DNA of 64,000 nt. It comes from Fibrobacteria bacterium (GTDB lineage: Bacteria > Fibrobacterota > Fibrobacteria > UBA11236). Of this stretch, positions 28,311 through 37,208 are shown piece after piece (position 1 is the first letter of the stretch; every line of letters begins with the position of its first letter). The notes beneath the pieces were generated by a model. That model did not search any database. It saw nothing but the letters and a program-made list of their open reading frames with translations, and was not told where the DNA came from. The stretch lies in contig JAYTHY010000074.1 of the NCBI GenBank assembly GCA_043732185.1, positions 96,001-160,000 of the forward strand, written 5' to 3'. Position numbers and translations under genes: made by a program.

Positions 28311-29606
28311 CTACGCTTCCTTTCCCGTCACATCAGACAGCCATATCCACTCACCCGAACCCAATTGCATCAGAAGTAGCGCAGCCAATTTCGATCTTTC
28401 CACCAAACTGCCCAGCACCAGAAATTCTTGTGGGCTGTGGATGTTACCGCCCACGGCCCCCAGGGTGTCCACATTCGGCAAACCTGCGGCCGCTAATTTA
28501 TTGCCATCAGAAACGCCACCACTAGACTCCCAATTCAGATCCATTCCCAATTGCAATCCGCATTCCCGTACCTTTTTCAGCAGGGCCAGATACTCTTGTC
28601 CAAGCGGTTTAGGCGGTGACGCAAACCCGCCGGTTATCTCCAAGCTAATGCCATCGCGAAGGTCGAACTCTTCCTTGAGTGCTACCAAAAATATTTCCAC
28701 CGACGTTTGATCCGCCGGATCCTGCACTCGAACATTGAATCGTCCAATCGCAAGATCGGGAACGCGATTGAGTGGGCCTCCCCCTTCCACCCTGCCGACA
28801 TTCACCAAGATCCCTGGATGTGATTTTCCGAATGCTTCCAGCTCCACAATCAGGTGGGCCAAGACATGGATGGCGTTCCGCCCCAGATGCGGATCTCGTC
28901 CGGCATGAGCGGCCTTGCCGTGAACGACGGCGGTGAAATTGCCCGATCCCTTGCGGGCCCCAACGAGATTGCCGTTGGGAAGACTAGGTTCGAACAGCAG
29001 TCCGAAATGATTGCGCCTCGCAGCCTCGATAAATAATGACGCAGACCCAGGGGAGCCGAGTTCTTCATCAGGGTTGATGAGAACTTCCCAGCCTACACCG
29101 GCTGAAAAAGGACTGGATTCGAATGTTTCCAGCGCCTTGAGGAGAATGACGAGACCCCCTTTGGCATCGGCGGCCCCGGATGCATGCATGATGCCATTCT
29201 CTATACGTATCTCAGGAGGTACTCTAGGCGCCGCTCCTTCGAGCTTTTCCCCCGCACCCGGCTTTACAGCCCCGCCCGACTTTTCTGCCCCCCCGTAGAC
29301 TACATCCATATGAATGCCGAGAAATACCTGCATTGGCGCATCGGGTCGTTTACGAAACCGCAGCGCTCTGCCTAGCGGTCGATTTCGGATCAGGCCTTCC
29401 GAGTCTACATCCAGTTGGGGGGGCAAATTCAGCTCTTCCAAGGTTGCACCCAGACTCAAAAACGCACCCTTGACCTTTTCCGCCATGGACGTGAGTCCAG
29501 CAAGATCATGACTGCCCGATGACACACGCACCCAATCCGCTACCATGTCGGCCATAGCGCCAGATTGGGCCGTTAATCTTTCTAGATATGCGGCATAACG
29601 TTGCAT
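28311..29606 (-). CDS. M20 family metallo-hydrolase (putative desuccinylase replacing AstE)
   Basis: HMDVV, ADAKGG, PDEELGS, FEP, AHAGR, GGVSDGN, NIHS..E; first gene of the ast operon. Confidence 0.8.
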   Translation of the reverse strand: MQRYAAYLERLTAQSGAMADMVADWVRVSSGSHDLAGLTSMAEKVKGAFLSLGATLEELNLPPQLDVDSEGLIRNRPLGRALRFRKRPDAPMQVFLGIHMDVVYGGAEKSGGAVKPGAGEKLEGAAPRVPPEIRIENGIMHASGAADAKGGLVILLKALETFESSPFSAGVGWEVLINPDEELGSPGSASLFIEAARRNHFGLLFEPSLPNGNLVGARKGSGNFTAVVHGKAAHAGRDPHLGRNAIHVLAHLIVELEAFGKSHPGILVNVGRVEGGGPLNRVPDLAIGRFNVRVQDPADQTSVEIFLVALKEEFDLRDGISLEITGGFASPPKPLGQEYLALLKKVRECGLQLGMDLNWESSGGVSDGNKLAAAGLPNVDTLGAVGGNIHSPQEFLVLGSLVERSKLAALLLMQLGSGEWIWLSDVTGKEA

Positions 29607-29897
29607 TGACTTTTTTCCGGAAAACCCGGCCTCACCCTGAAACTATAGTTCCAAAAATACCCAAGAAAGTCAAGAAATGGTCGGTTGGAGCAGGGTTATT
29701 AGTCCAAAAATGGGAAGGGCCCGGCAAAATGCCGAGCCTCCCGAAAGGGTTTTAGTTTTATTGGGCAGGTACCGCATGAATATACCCGCTCCAGCGCAGG
29801 TCCCTCACCTGCTCACAAAAGCCAGTTTAGAGGGTGGCGGAATGAATCGCCAAGAAAAATTTACTTTTGTTGTCGAGCAAATCATCCGTAAACAAGG

Positions 29898-30383
29898 TTG
29901 GTCCCCATTTTCACCCATCTCGACAAAGAAAACCAGCCTGCAATGGTGGATGTTGGAGGGAAAGCCCATACGAGACGCGAAGCCGTCGCCCAAGCTTTAG
30001 TCAAACTACCGGAAGAGATTTCCAGCCTATTCCGGGATGGAGACATTCACGCTAAAAAAGGCCCTGTTTTTCAAACTGCCATCATCGCCGGAATCATGGC
30101 TTGCAAAAAAACGTCCGAACTGATCCCGCTTTGCCATCCCCTACCTTTGGATGATTGCAAAATCCGCATCCACCTGAATGAGGATCAAGACGCAGTCATC
30201 ACATGCCGGGTTCTCTGCCATCACAAAACCGGGGTGGAAATGGAAGCGTTGACCGGCGCCAGCATCGCTGCACTAACCTTGTACGATATGTGCAAGGCCA
30301 TCTCCCACAAAATGATCATCGGCGATATCCGCCTGCTGGAAAAAACCGGTGGCAAATCCGATTTCCGAGATCCGGCGGACTGA
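29898..30383 (+). CDS. moaC: Cyclic pyranopterin monophosphate synthase
   Basis: FTHLD, MVDVGGK, LIPLCHP, TGVEMEAL, YDMCKA, KTGGKS. Confidence 0.96.
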   Translation: MVPIFTHLDKENQPAMVDVGGKAHTRREAVAQALVKLPEEISSLFRDGDIHAKKGPVFQTAIIAGIMACKKTSELIPLCHPLPLDDCKIRIHLNEDQDAVITCRVLCHHKTGVEMEALTGASIAALTLYDMCKAISHKMIIGDIRLLEKTGGKSDFRDPAD

Positions 30384-30387
30384 CCCA

Positions 30388-30972
30388 GTGGAATTGTTCG
30401 GTCTAGTCCTGGTCGGCGGCCGCAGCGCCCGCATGCGCGCGGACAAAGCATCGCTAATCTACCACGGCGTTCCCCAAGCCGAATACTGTTTAAAATTACT
30501 TGCCCCGCATTGCACGCAAGCTTTCCTTTCCTGTCGGCAAGATCAATCCGATCAAGTTGGCTTCCAAGGTTTTCCGCAAATCCACGACACCTTTTTAAAC
30601 ATGGGGCCGATGAGCGGCATTCTCTCTGCCCTGCGTGCCCATCCCGGACATGCGTTCTTGGTAGTGGCCTGCGACCTCCCTTTTCTCGACGCCCCAACGC
30701 TTAACGCCCTCGTTCTCGCCCGCAATCCAGACCAACTGGCTACCGCCTTCACAGGGTCGCAAAATGGACTGCCCGAGCCTCTCTGCGCCATCTATGAACC
30801 CGCAAGTTACCCTCGCATGTTGGATTTTTTGGGCAGAGGCATTACCTGCCCACGCAAAGTCCTTCTGAATTCCCCAGCCCATTTGCTCGCCCCACCGGAC
30901 ATCCGCGCTCTTATTAACGCCAATGATCCAGTCGCCTATCTGGACGCAAAGAACACCCTGACTTCGACTTAG
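30388..30972 (+). CDS. mobA: Molybdenum cofactor guanylyltransferase-like NTP transferase
   Basis: LVGGRSARMRADKA, GPMSGI, VACDLP, PEPLCAIY, NAN. GTG 30388 is the likely start. Confidence 0.85.
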   Translation: MELFGLVLVGGRSARMRADKASLIYHGVPQAEYCLKLLAPHCTQAFLSCRQDQSDQVGFQGFPQIHDTFLNMGPMSGILSALRAHPGHAFLVVACDLPFLDAPTLNALVLARNPDQLATAFTGSQNGLPEPLCAIYEPASYPRMLDFLGRGITCPRKVLLNSPAHLLAPPDIRALINANDPVAYLDAKNTLTST

Positions 30973-31032
30973 TTCCACAAACAGCATGATAGACTAGCAA
31001 ACTCTACTCCCAGCATTCCATAATTGAGATCC

Positions 31033-31764
31033 ATGCCCATCATTCTACTAGCCTGCATTGCTCTTCTTTCCCTATGCTTCTCCCCTCCCATTCAAGCTGG
31101 AGATCTTCTAGGAGAGGATTTCGAGGAAGCTGAAAACCACACCTACGCCGCTCTCCCCAAATTGCGGCTCTCAGCGGAATATGGTTTCAGCAAATGGCTC
31201 ATGAGTCCAGACTCGATCACAAGTAGCTACGAAAATTACCTGTCACGACTGGAAATTGGCACCACCTCCAATGCCGAACTCGCCTACTTCTTCTGGCCCA
31301 AAGGCGGTGTAGGAGTCAGCTGGATTTGGTTTCTATCGAGAGCCAAAGCCACTGACATACAGAAATGGCCGTCCAGTTCAGCAACCCACAACCTCGATGA
31401 AAGAGTTTCCGTAACCTATATCGGACCGGATTTTCTCACCAGGCATCAACTGAGCGACAAAGCCATGCTCATCGGTGGCCTGGGCGTAGGCTACTTATTC
31501 TTCCATGAATCCGGAGTCGACAATTCCAAAACGTTCAGTGTCACTGCCGAAAACTTCGCCATCCAAGCCCACGTCGGCGCCGACTATGCGCTTTTTCACA
31601 ACCTGGCTCTAGGCCTGGAAGGACGCTTCTTCTTTTCCAACATCCGAGAGTACAACTACAACGGTATCAAATACAAAATCAAGGATCCAAACAACCAATT
31701 TATCTGGTACAACGTCCCCTTATACCGCCTAGAACTAAGCGCGGGACTTCACTTGCTGCTCTAG
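31033..31764 (+). CDS. Predicted outer-membrane beta-barrel protein
   Basis: Signal peptide; alternating aromatic/Gly strands (GLGVGY, VGADY, LGLEGRF, LSAGLHL). Confidence 0.6.
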   Translation: MPIILLACIALLSLCFSPPIQAGDLLGEDFEEAENHTYAALPKLRLSAEYGFSKWLMSPDSITSSYENYLSRLEIGTTSNAELAYFFWPKGGVGVSWIWFLSRAKATDIQKWPSSSATHNLDERVSVTYIGPDFLTRHQLSDKAMLIGGLGVGYLFFHESGVDNSKTFSVTAENFAIQAHVGADYALFHNLALGLEGRFFFSNIREYNYNGIKYKIKDPNNQFIWYNVPLYRLELSAGLHLLL

Positions 31765-31846
31765 ACCACTCATTGACTCCCTGGTCAGCAACTCTGATCA
31801 TCGGGCCATTTTAGTATTTTTTCCCGCTACATGGAAAAGAGTACCT

Positions 31847-32350
31847 ATGAAAAATTTTATCCTGTCCTTTTTAATCTTTGCCTTAAACCTTGTGGCTTCC
31901 GAGAACGCCAAATTTTCAATCGGTCCGACATTCTCAGGCGGGGAAATCCGCAAACAATATGGCAATGATGTGGAAGGGTTAACGAGGATTTATGAATACG
32001 GGATCCACGTTTCATCCGAGATGAAATATGTAGAATCAAGTATTCAATTTGAACTGGGGCGGTATACCAGAAATCCCGCATATGGTTTAAGTCTCGATTT
32101 GAATGGAAAATACGGCATCTTCCAAGATTGGGTAAAACTTTATGCCGGTATTGGATATGCCTATAATGGATATGTAGATGACCGTTGGGTAGGTTACAAT
32201 TCGATAATTGGTGAGTACTCACACATTTTTTGTCCCTATCTAACCGCCAAAACAGAACTGTTTAAAGTCGTCTGTTTGGGATTCGAGGGGTTATTCAATT
32301 CTAAGCTCAATTGGAAGGAAAGGATAAGCCTAGCCCTTTATCATTTTTAA
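31847..32350 (+). CDS. Hypothetical exported protein, small beta-barrel-like
   Basis: Signal peptide, YAGIGY strand, C-terminal Phe; AT-rich. Confidence 0.55.
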   Translation: MKNFILSFLIFALNLVASENAKFSIGPTFSGGEIRKQYGNDVEGLTRIYEYGIHVSSEMKYVESSIQFELGRYTRNPAYGLSLDLNGKYGIFQDWVKLYAGIGYAYNGYVDDRWVGYNSIIGEYSHIFCPYLTAKTELFKVVCLGFEGLFNSKLNWKERISLALYHF

Positions 32351-32380
32351 TCGCGGACCCATTCCATCCCTGCAGCTCCG

Positions 32381-32475
32381 CCCCCACTCCGCATCTCCAC
32401 CCCCACTCCCCACTCCCCACTCCACACTCCACACTCCACATCCACATCCACATCCGCATCCGCATCCCATCCCCC
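32381..32475. repeat. Degenerate C/A-rich 6-7 nt tandem repeat
   Basis: Consecutive units ccccact, ccacact, ccacat, ccgcat. Confidence 0.8.
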
Positions 32476-32556
32476 ACGCACGGTTCCCAACCGGCCCGTG
32501 GCGCCAGAATCCCCATCCCCATTCTTTACTCTGTGAACCTCACCTGCCGCAGAGGT

Positions 32557-32776
32557 GGGGCGCCCGGGGTGAACCCTGGGGCCGAATCGTCGCAGGTGCC
32601 GGCGCGGACATTCCCGCGGAAAGCAAGGCCGCCCCTGGGGCAAACCCAATCCACCTGACCCTAGCGGCCTGAATATCGACTCATTGAATCCCACCGCGGG
32701 AATGCCCAGCCAACCCAGCGAACCCCAAGCCGGCACCGTAGACGCCTGAGGCCCCAGGGTTCACCCCGGGCACCCC
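32557..32776. repeat. 220-bp nested inverted-repeat element (REPIN/MITE-like or structured RNA)
   Basis: 27-bp terminal inverted repeats at 32557-32583 and 32750-32776 with one mismatch, plus three inner complementary pairs. Confidence 0.75.
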
Positions 32777-32786
32777 GCGACCCACG

Positions 32787-33572
32787 TTACATATCCTGCC
32801 AGAAACGGAAATCCGTACTTTCAATATCCTTCGTCGTCGGCATGGGAAAAAACCGGTACTTGTCCTGACTCGTGAACATGAATCCGTGACGGATCATCTT
32901 GAAGGAAATTTGATCCAGCGGACAGAATAAGGAAATACCCTTAGTGGTTTTTTCGGGTTTGATTTTCATCTGCAAAATGGCATCGCGCAGTTTGGAAGGA
33001 TGCAGAAACGGAAACGGCGCCTGCATAAAAGGATTCCGCTCGAAGTTGGCAATGAACTCGTCCACATTCAAATCGATTTGGGTGTAGAACAATTTGGGAC
33101 AGCCTTTGGCGTTTCCTGGCGTGGTGATGAATTTACCAAACTCGACCATATCATAAGGGCTGATGACGAGCATGGATAGGGGCGCGATTTCGGCAAAGGT
33201 GCGCAAGAAGCCGACTTGATGCACCTTATCGTATTCCTGGGGCTTGAGCTCCAAGATGTGCGCTTCCGAAGTCGAAAGGTAAAGGTGATTGATGCAATCG
33301 AAATCCATATGCTCCATTACGCGGTACGAGCAAATGAATTTGGTATGCTTGGGCCGTCCGTCGGCATGCGGTACGAGATCGGCCAAACCTGCATCGATAT
33401 TGAAGTAGGGATGTCGGAAATTGATGTCGATATCGGCGAATACCAGCTTGCCCGAATAATGTCGGATGGATCCAATAAGATAGTGCCGGGCAAACGCCTC
33501 CGGAGCCAACTGCGAGGCGACTAAAGCTTGATTGGGATACAGGATTTGATAGAGTCGGTTTTCGTATTGCAT
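32787..33572 (-). CDS. Conserved hypothetical cytoplasmic protein, co-transcribed with the pyrophosphatase gene
   Basis: 261-aa ORF with protein-like composition, starting 2 nt after the hppA stop. Confidence 0.75.
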   Translation of the reverse strand: MQYENRLYQILYPNQALVASQLAPEAFARHYLIGSIRHYSGKLVFADIDINFRHPYFNIDAGLADLVPHADGRPKHTKFICSYRVMEHMDFDCINHLYLSTSEAHILELKPQEYDKVHQVGFLRTFAEIAPLSMLVISPYDMVEFGKFITTPGNAKGCPKLFYTQIDLNVDEFIANFERNPFMQAPFPFLHPSKLRDAILQMKIKPEKTTKGISLFCPLDQISFKMIRHGFMFTSQDKYRFFPMPTTKDIESTDFRFWQDM

Positions 33573-33574
33573 GT

Positions 33575-35650
33575 TCAGAGACCCCAGAAGAGTTTGAGCA
33601 TGGGAGCAATGACCACCGACATGACGCCCATCAGTTTAATCAAAATATTCAAAGAAGGCCCGGCCGTGTCCTTGAACGGATCGCCGACCGTATCCCCCAC
33701 TACCGCGGCCTTGTGGGCATCCGAGCCCTTACCCCCGCTGACACCGCTTTCGATGGTCTTCTTAGCGTTGTCCCAGGCACCGCCGGTATTGCTCATGAAT
33801 ATAGCTAATGCCACTCCCGATGCCGTGACACCGGTCAGGAACCCCATCAGCATTTCTATGCCCCCCAAAAACCCAACGGCAACGGGCGATAGAATCGCCA
33901 AAAGCCCTGGCAGCACCATTTCCTTAAGGGCCGCAGTGGTACTAATATCGATGCACTTGGCATAGTCCGGTTCCGCTTTGTCTTGGAGCAGGCCGGGAAT
34001 GGTACGGAACTGCCGTCGCACTTCTTCGACCATGGCCATGGCCGCGCGCCCTACCGCCATCATGCACATAGAGGAGAAAAGGTAGGGAATCATGCCACCG
34101 AGCAAAAGCCCCACCAGCACTTTTGGATTTGTGATCTCGATAACATCTATTCCAACTTCGGTTTTAAAGGCCGAGAAAAGCACAATGGACGTCAGTGCTG
34201 CCGAACCAATCGCGAACCCTTTGCCGATTGCAGCCGTGGTATTTCCCACCGCATCGAGCTTATCGGTAGTGGCACGCACCGAGGGCGGCATTTCCGACAT
34301 TTCCGCCAGACCACCGGCATTATCTGCCACTGGGCCAAATGCGTCTACGGCTAGCTGGATGCCCAAAGTCAATTGCAATCCCACGGTGGCGATGGCTACG
34401 CCGAACAGACCAGCGAGATTGTAACTGAGCAGAATCGCCGCGCCCATGACCACGACTGGAAGGGCCGTGGATACCATGCCTACACCCATGCCAGTAATGA
34501 TGGTGGTGGCCGGGCCCGTGTCGCACGCTTTGACAATGGCGTTGACGGGCACTTTATTGGTTGCGGTAAAGTATTCGGTAAGCATGCCGATCAGCGTACC
34601 CGCACCGATTCCAACCACTGTGCAAAGGAAGAGTTGGAGGGCACCAGAGCCGCCATTAAAGGTTTGGCCTCCAAGGCAACCATAAAAAATCGGATAGCTG
34701 AAAAGGGCGGCGAGGATGGATGCTATATGCGAACCTTTATTCAAAGCGCCTTGCGGCGATCCGCCTTCCTTAACCCTTACGAATTGGATTCCGATGGCCG
34801 AGGCGACTGCGCCGGCCGCAGCCAAAACCAGCGGCAGCAAAGCAAGTCGGATTTTAAGAATGTCACTGGCTTCCGCAGCCAAGCCAAGAATCATACAGCC
34901 CAGCACGGAGGCAACAAAGGATTCGTAGAGATCGGCGCCCATGCCCGCAACGTCACCGACGTTGTCGCCCACATTATCGGCGATGGTGGCGGGATTACGA
35001 GGATCATCTTCCGGAATTCCAGCTTCCACTTTACCGACTAGATCCGCGCCCACATCGGCCGCTTTGGTATAGATGCCGCCGCCCACGCGGGCAAAGAGCG
35101 CAATACACGAAGCGCCTAAGGCAAAGCCGGATAGAATTGGAAGAATTTGATGCTGAAAGTTTACCGGGTCCCGGCCAAAGCAAAGAATTGTGACGATCAT
35201 GATCACGGTGATGCCGCCCAAAGCCAAACCGACAACACTCATCCCCATGACAGACCCGGCCGCAAAAGAAACGCAGAGAGCTTCATTTAAGGATTTACTG
35301 GCAGCGGTCGTTGTGCGCATATTGGCCTGAGTGGCGATGCGCATACCAAAGAATCCGGAAGAAGCCGAGCAAATGGCCCCAATACCGAAGGTGACGGCTT
35401 CCCACCGCAAAATCCCTTTATTGCCCAATAGAAGCAAAGTGGCGGCCACAAGGACAAAGGGCACCAAAACTTTGTATTCCCGGAAAAGAAAGGCCATGGC
35501 CCCTTCCGCCACGTAACCGCCAATCTTCCTTAGCTTATCGCTACCAATCTCCTGCTTCATGATCCATTTCGACTTGAAAAATGCGAAAACAATGGCGAAA
35601 ATGCTTCCTAGCAACCCTATGGCTAAGGGCAATTGTATGTCGAGATCCAT
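33575..35650 (-). CDS. hppA: Membrane-bound ion-translocating pyrophosphatase, K+-dependent type (Na+- or H+-pumping)
   Basis: [40 protein letters not shown] (Ala at the K+-dependence position), [10 protein letters not shown]. Confidence 0.95.
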   Translation of the reverse strand: MDLDIQLPLAIGLLGSIFAIVFAFFKSKWIMKQEIGSDKLRKIGGYVAEGAMAFLFREYKVLVPFVLVAATLLLLGNKGILRWEAVTFGIGAICSASSGFFGMRIATQANMRTTTAASKSLNEALCVSFAAGSVMGMSVVGLALGGITVIMIVTILCFGRDPVNFQHQILPILSGFALGASCIALFARVGGGIYTKAADVGADLVGKVEAGIPEDDPRNPATIADNVGDNVGDVAGMGADLYESFVASVLGCMILGLAAEASDILKIRLALLPLVLAAAGAVASAIGIQFVRVKEGGSPQGALNKGSHIASILAALFSYPIFYGCLGGQTFNGGSGALQLFLCTVVGIGAGTLIGMLTEYFTATNKVPVNAIVKACDTGPATTIITGMGVGMVSTALPVVVMGAAILLSYNLAGLFGVAIATVGLQLTLGIQLAVDAFGPVADNAGGLAEMSEMPPSVRATTDKLDAVGNTTAAIGKGFAIGSAALTSIVLFSAFKTEVGIDVIEITNPKVLVGLLLGGMIPYLFSSMCMMAVGRAAMAMVEEVRRQFRTIPGLLQDKAEPDYAKCIDISTTAALKEMVLPGLLAILSPVAVGFLGGIEMLMGFLTGVTASGVALAIFMSNTGGAWDNAKKTIESGVSGGKGSDAHKAAVVGDTVGDPFKDTAGPSLNILIKLMGVMSVVIAPMLKLFWGL

Positions 35651-35869
35651 TATGCCTTTCCGGTAAAAAACCTTTTGAGCAGTAAATATAGCCGCGCCTG
35701 GGGCGCTACTTTAGATTTTTTATGATCTTAGTTTTTTTCTGCATTTCCAAACAAGGTCCTTTTGATTTATCTCATCGGATTCGCCAACATTGCATGCTCA
35801 ATATGGGATAGGGTGCAAGGATTTTTGGAAAAATTGGCTTTTTAAGGTTGACAATGAGGTTATACTAAG

Positions 35870-36418
35870 ATGCTTATGCGATTTAGGGCGAAATGGGTTG
35901 GAATATTGTTTTTGGAATGGGTGCAATGTGCATCTGCAGCAACCCTGCCCAATGCAAATCCTGCACAATTGACGGACGTGCCCCGGGCTCAGTATGAATT
36001 TAGTCCGGCAGCGGGCCTAATGGGTGGGAGTGCGCTAATCGGAATGCGGATTTCCATGAATTATCATCCCGTTAATCTTGAACTAGCCACCGATCAGGTC
36101 ATGGGTCGCACTGCAACCTTGTATCCCGTGACCTTGAACGCGGTTTTAGACTTGGCCGACTCTAAGAAAACCGTGCCCTATGGCATTATCGGCGGTGGCC
36201 TTTTCCTAACTGTACCGATTAATTCCGTTGGCGACCAGACCGTATCTTCTATTGGGGTCAATTTTGGAGGAGGCATTCGGTATTACATCAACTCGAGAAT
36301 TGGCATACGCTTCGAAACCAAACAGTTGTTCACGCGTATCGACAATCGGGCCGACCATCGGCAGGAACTCTTGATTTTTCAATCCTCCAGCCTGGGAGTT
36401 TTATTTGCTTTCGGTTAA
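35870..36418 (+). CDS. Predicted outer-membrane beta-barrel protein
   Basis: VPYGIIGGG, VNFGGGIRYY, IRFE strands; terminal FAFG. Confidence 0.7.
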   Translation: MLMRFRAKWVGILFLEWVQCASAATLPNANPAQLTDVPRAQYEFSPAAGLMGGSALIGMRISMNYHPVNLELATDQVMGRTATLYPVTLNAVLDLADSKKTVPYGIIGGGLFLTVPINSVGDQTVSSIGVNFGGGIRYYINSRIGIRFETKQLFTRIDNRADHRQELLIFQSSSLGVLFAFG

Positions 36419-37190
36419 TACCAAACCCAGAGTCCATTCAAAAGGCTGGCTGCGACCGTTTTTGGTTTGTGCTTGTCTTTTCGCCCTTTGCATCCTTACC
36501 GGTCACGCTGGAACCCGAAAAACAGCCCCAACCAAGGCGCCTGCCGAACACCAACTGGGCCGCGCTGCAGCGGAAACCGTCTATGTGCCGGTTAAAGCAC
36601 CTGCCCCGCTTTATCCCAGCGCCAATTCGGAATCATCAAAGGACGAGAACCGCCCAATACGCACTTCGATGTCTCAAGGCCCAGCGCGTGATTTTGACCA
36701 ATCCTATGGCCTATTCGCGGGGTTTTACAATGCGGAAGTTCTTGGCAGCAATCCTTACGCAAACCTATACTGGGACGTGTTCCCAAAAGACCAAGCCTTT
36801 TTCTTTGAATTCACTTCGGGCGTTGGAACTGTGCAATCTTCATTTTCGAAAAGCGTGGTCGGAGGTGGCGTGTTCCCCCATAGCTTTATGATTACAGCAG
36901 AAGCCCTGGGTGGGTACACGTACTCGGGCCTGGCGCATGGCACAGGCATAGCCGGGGGACTTTATCCCTATTTTACAGGCGGAATTACAGCGATCTACCA
37001 AGGAGGAGTGCCTAATATAGGGGGAGTCCTGGGATTTGGAAATCGTATGAATATTCCGTACGGACCCAAAAATGGCAGATGGGCATTGAACTATGGCGTG
37101 CGTGACCATATCTATTCCCAAAAAATCCGGAGTCAACCGTCCATGACCCAGAACTTTGTCGTATTGCTCGGAGTGCAGAAATACTATTAA
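36405..37190 (+). CDS. Predicted outer-membrane beta-barrel protein with N-terminal disordered linker
   Basis: YPYFTGG, VRDHIY, terminal GVQKYY; overlaps the upstream gene. Confidence 0.6.
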   Translation: MLSVNTKPRVHSKGWLRPFLVCACLFALCILTGHAGTRKTAPTKAPAEHQLGRAAAETVYVPVKAPAPLYPSANSESSKDENRPIRTSMSQGPARDFDQSYGLFAGFYNAEVLGSNPYANLYWDVFPKDQAFFFEFTSGVGTVQSSFSKSVVGGGVFPHSFMITAEALGGYTYSGLAHGTGIAGGLYPYFTGGITAIYQGGVPNIGGVLGFGNRMNIPYGPKNGRWALNYGVRDHIYSQKIRSQPSMTQNFVVLLGVQKYY

Positions 37191-37208
37191 AAGTTCACGA
37201 GGTACCCT

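Noticed and set aside
29677..30000. 107-aa ORF upstream of moaC
   Set aside because: It has no recognisable motifs, overlaps moaC out of frame, and probably spans the divergent promoter region.
32350..32786. CRISPR array, or the ORFs at 32307-32736
   Set aside because: There is no repeat-spacer periodicity and no cas gene. The ORFs are low-complexity translations of the repeats.
33983..35516. Long antisense ORFs inside hppA and other genes
   Set aside because: These are shadow ORFs expected opposite well-conserved coding frames.
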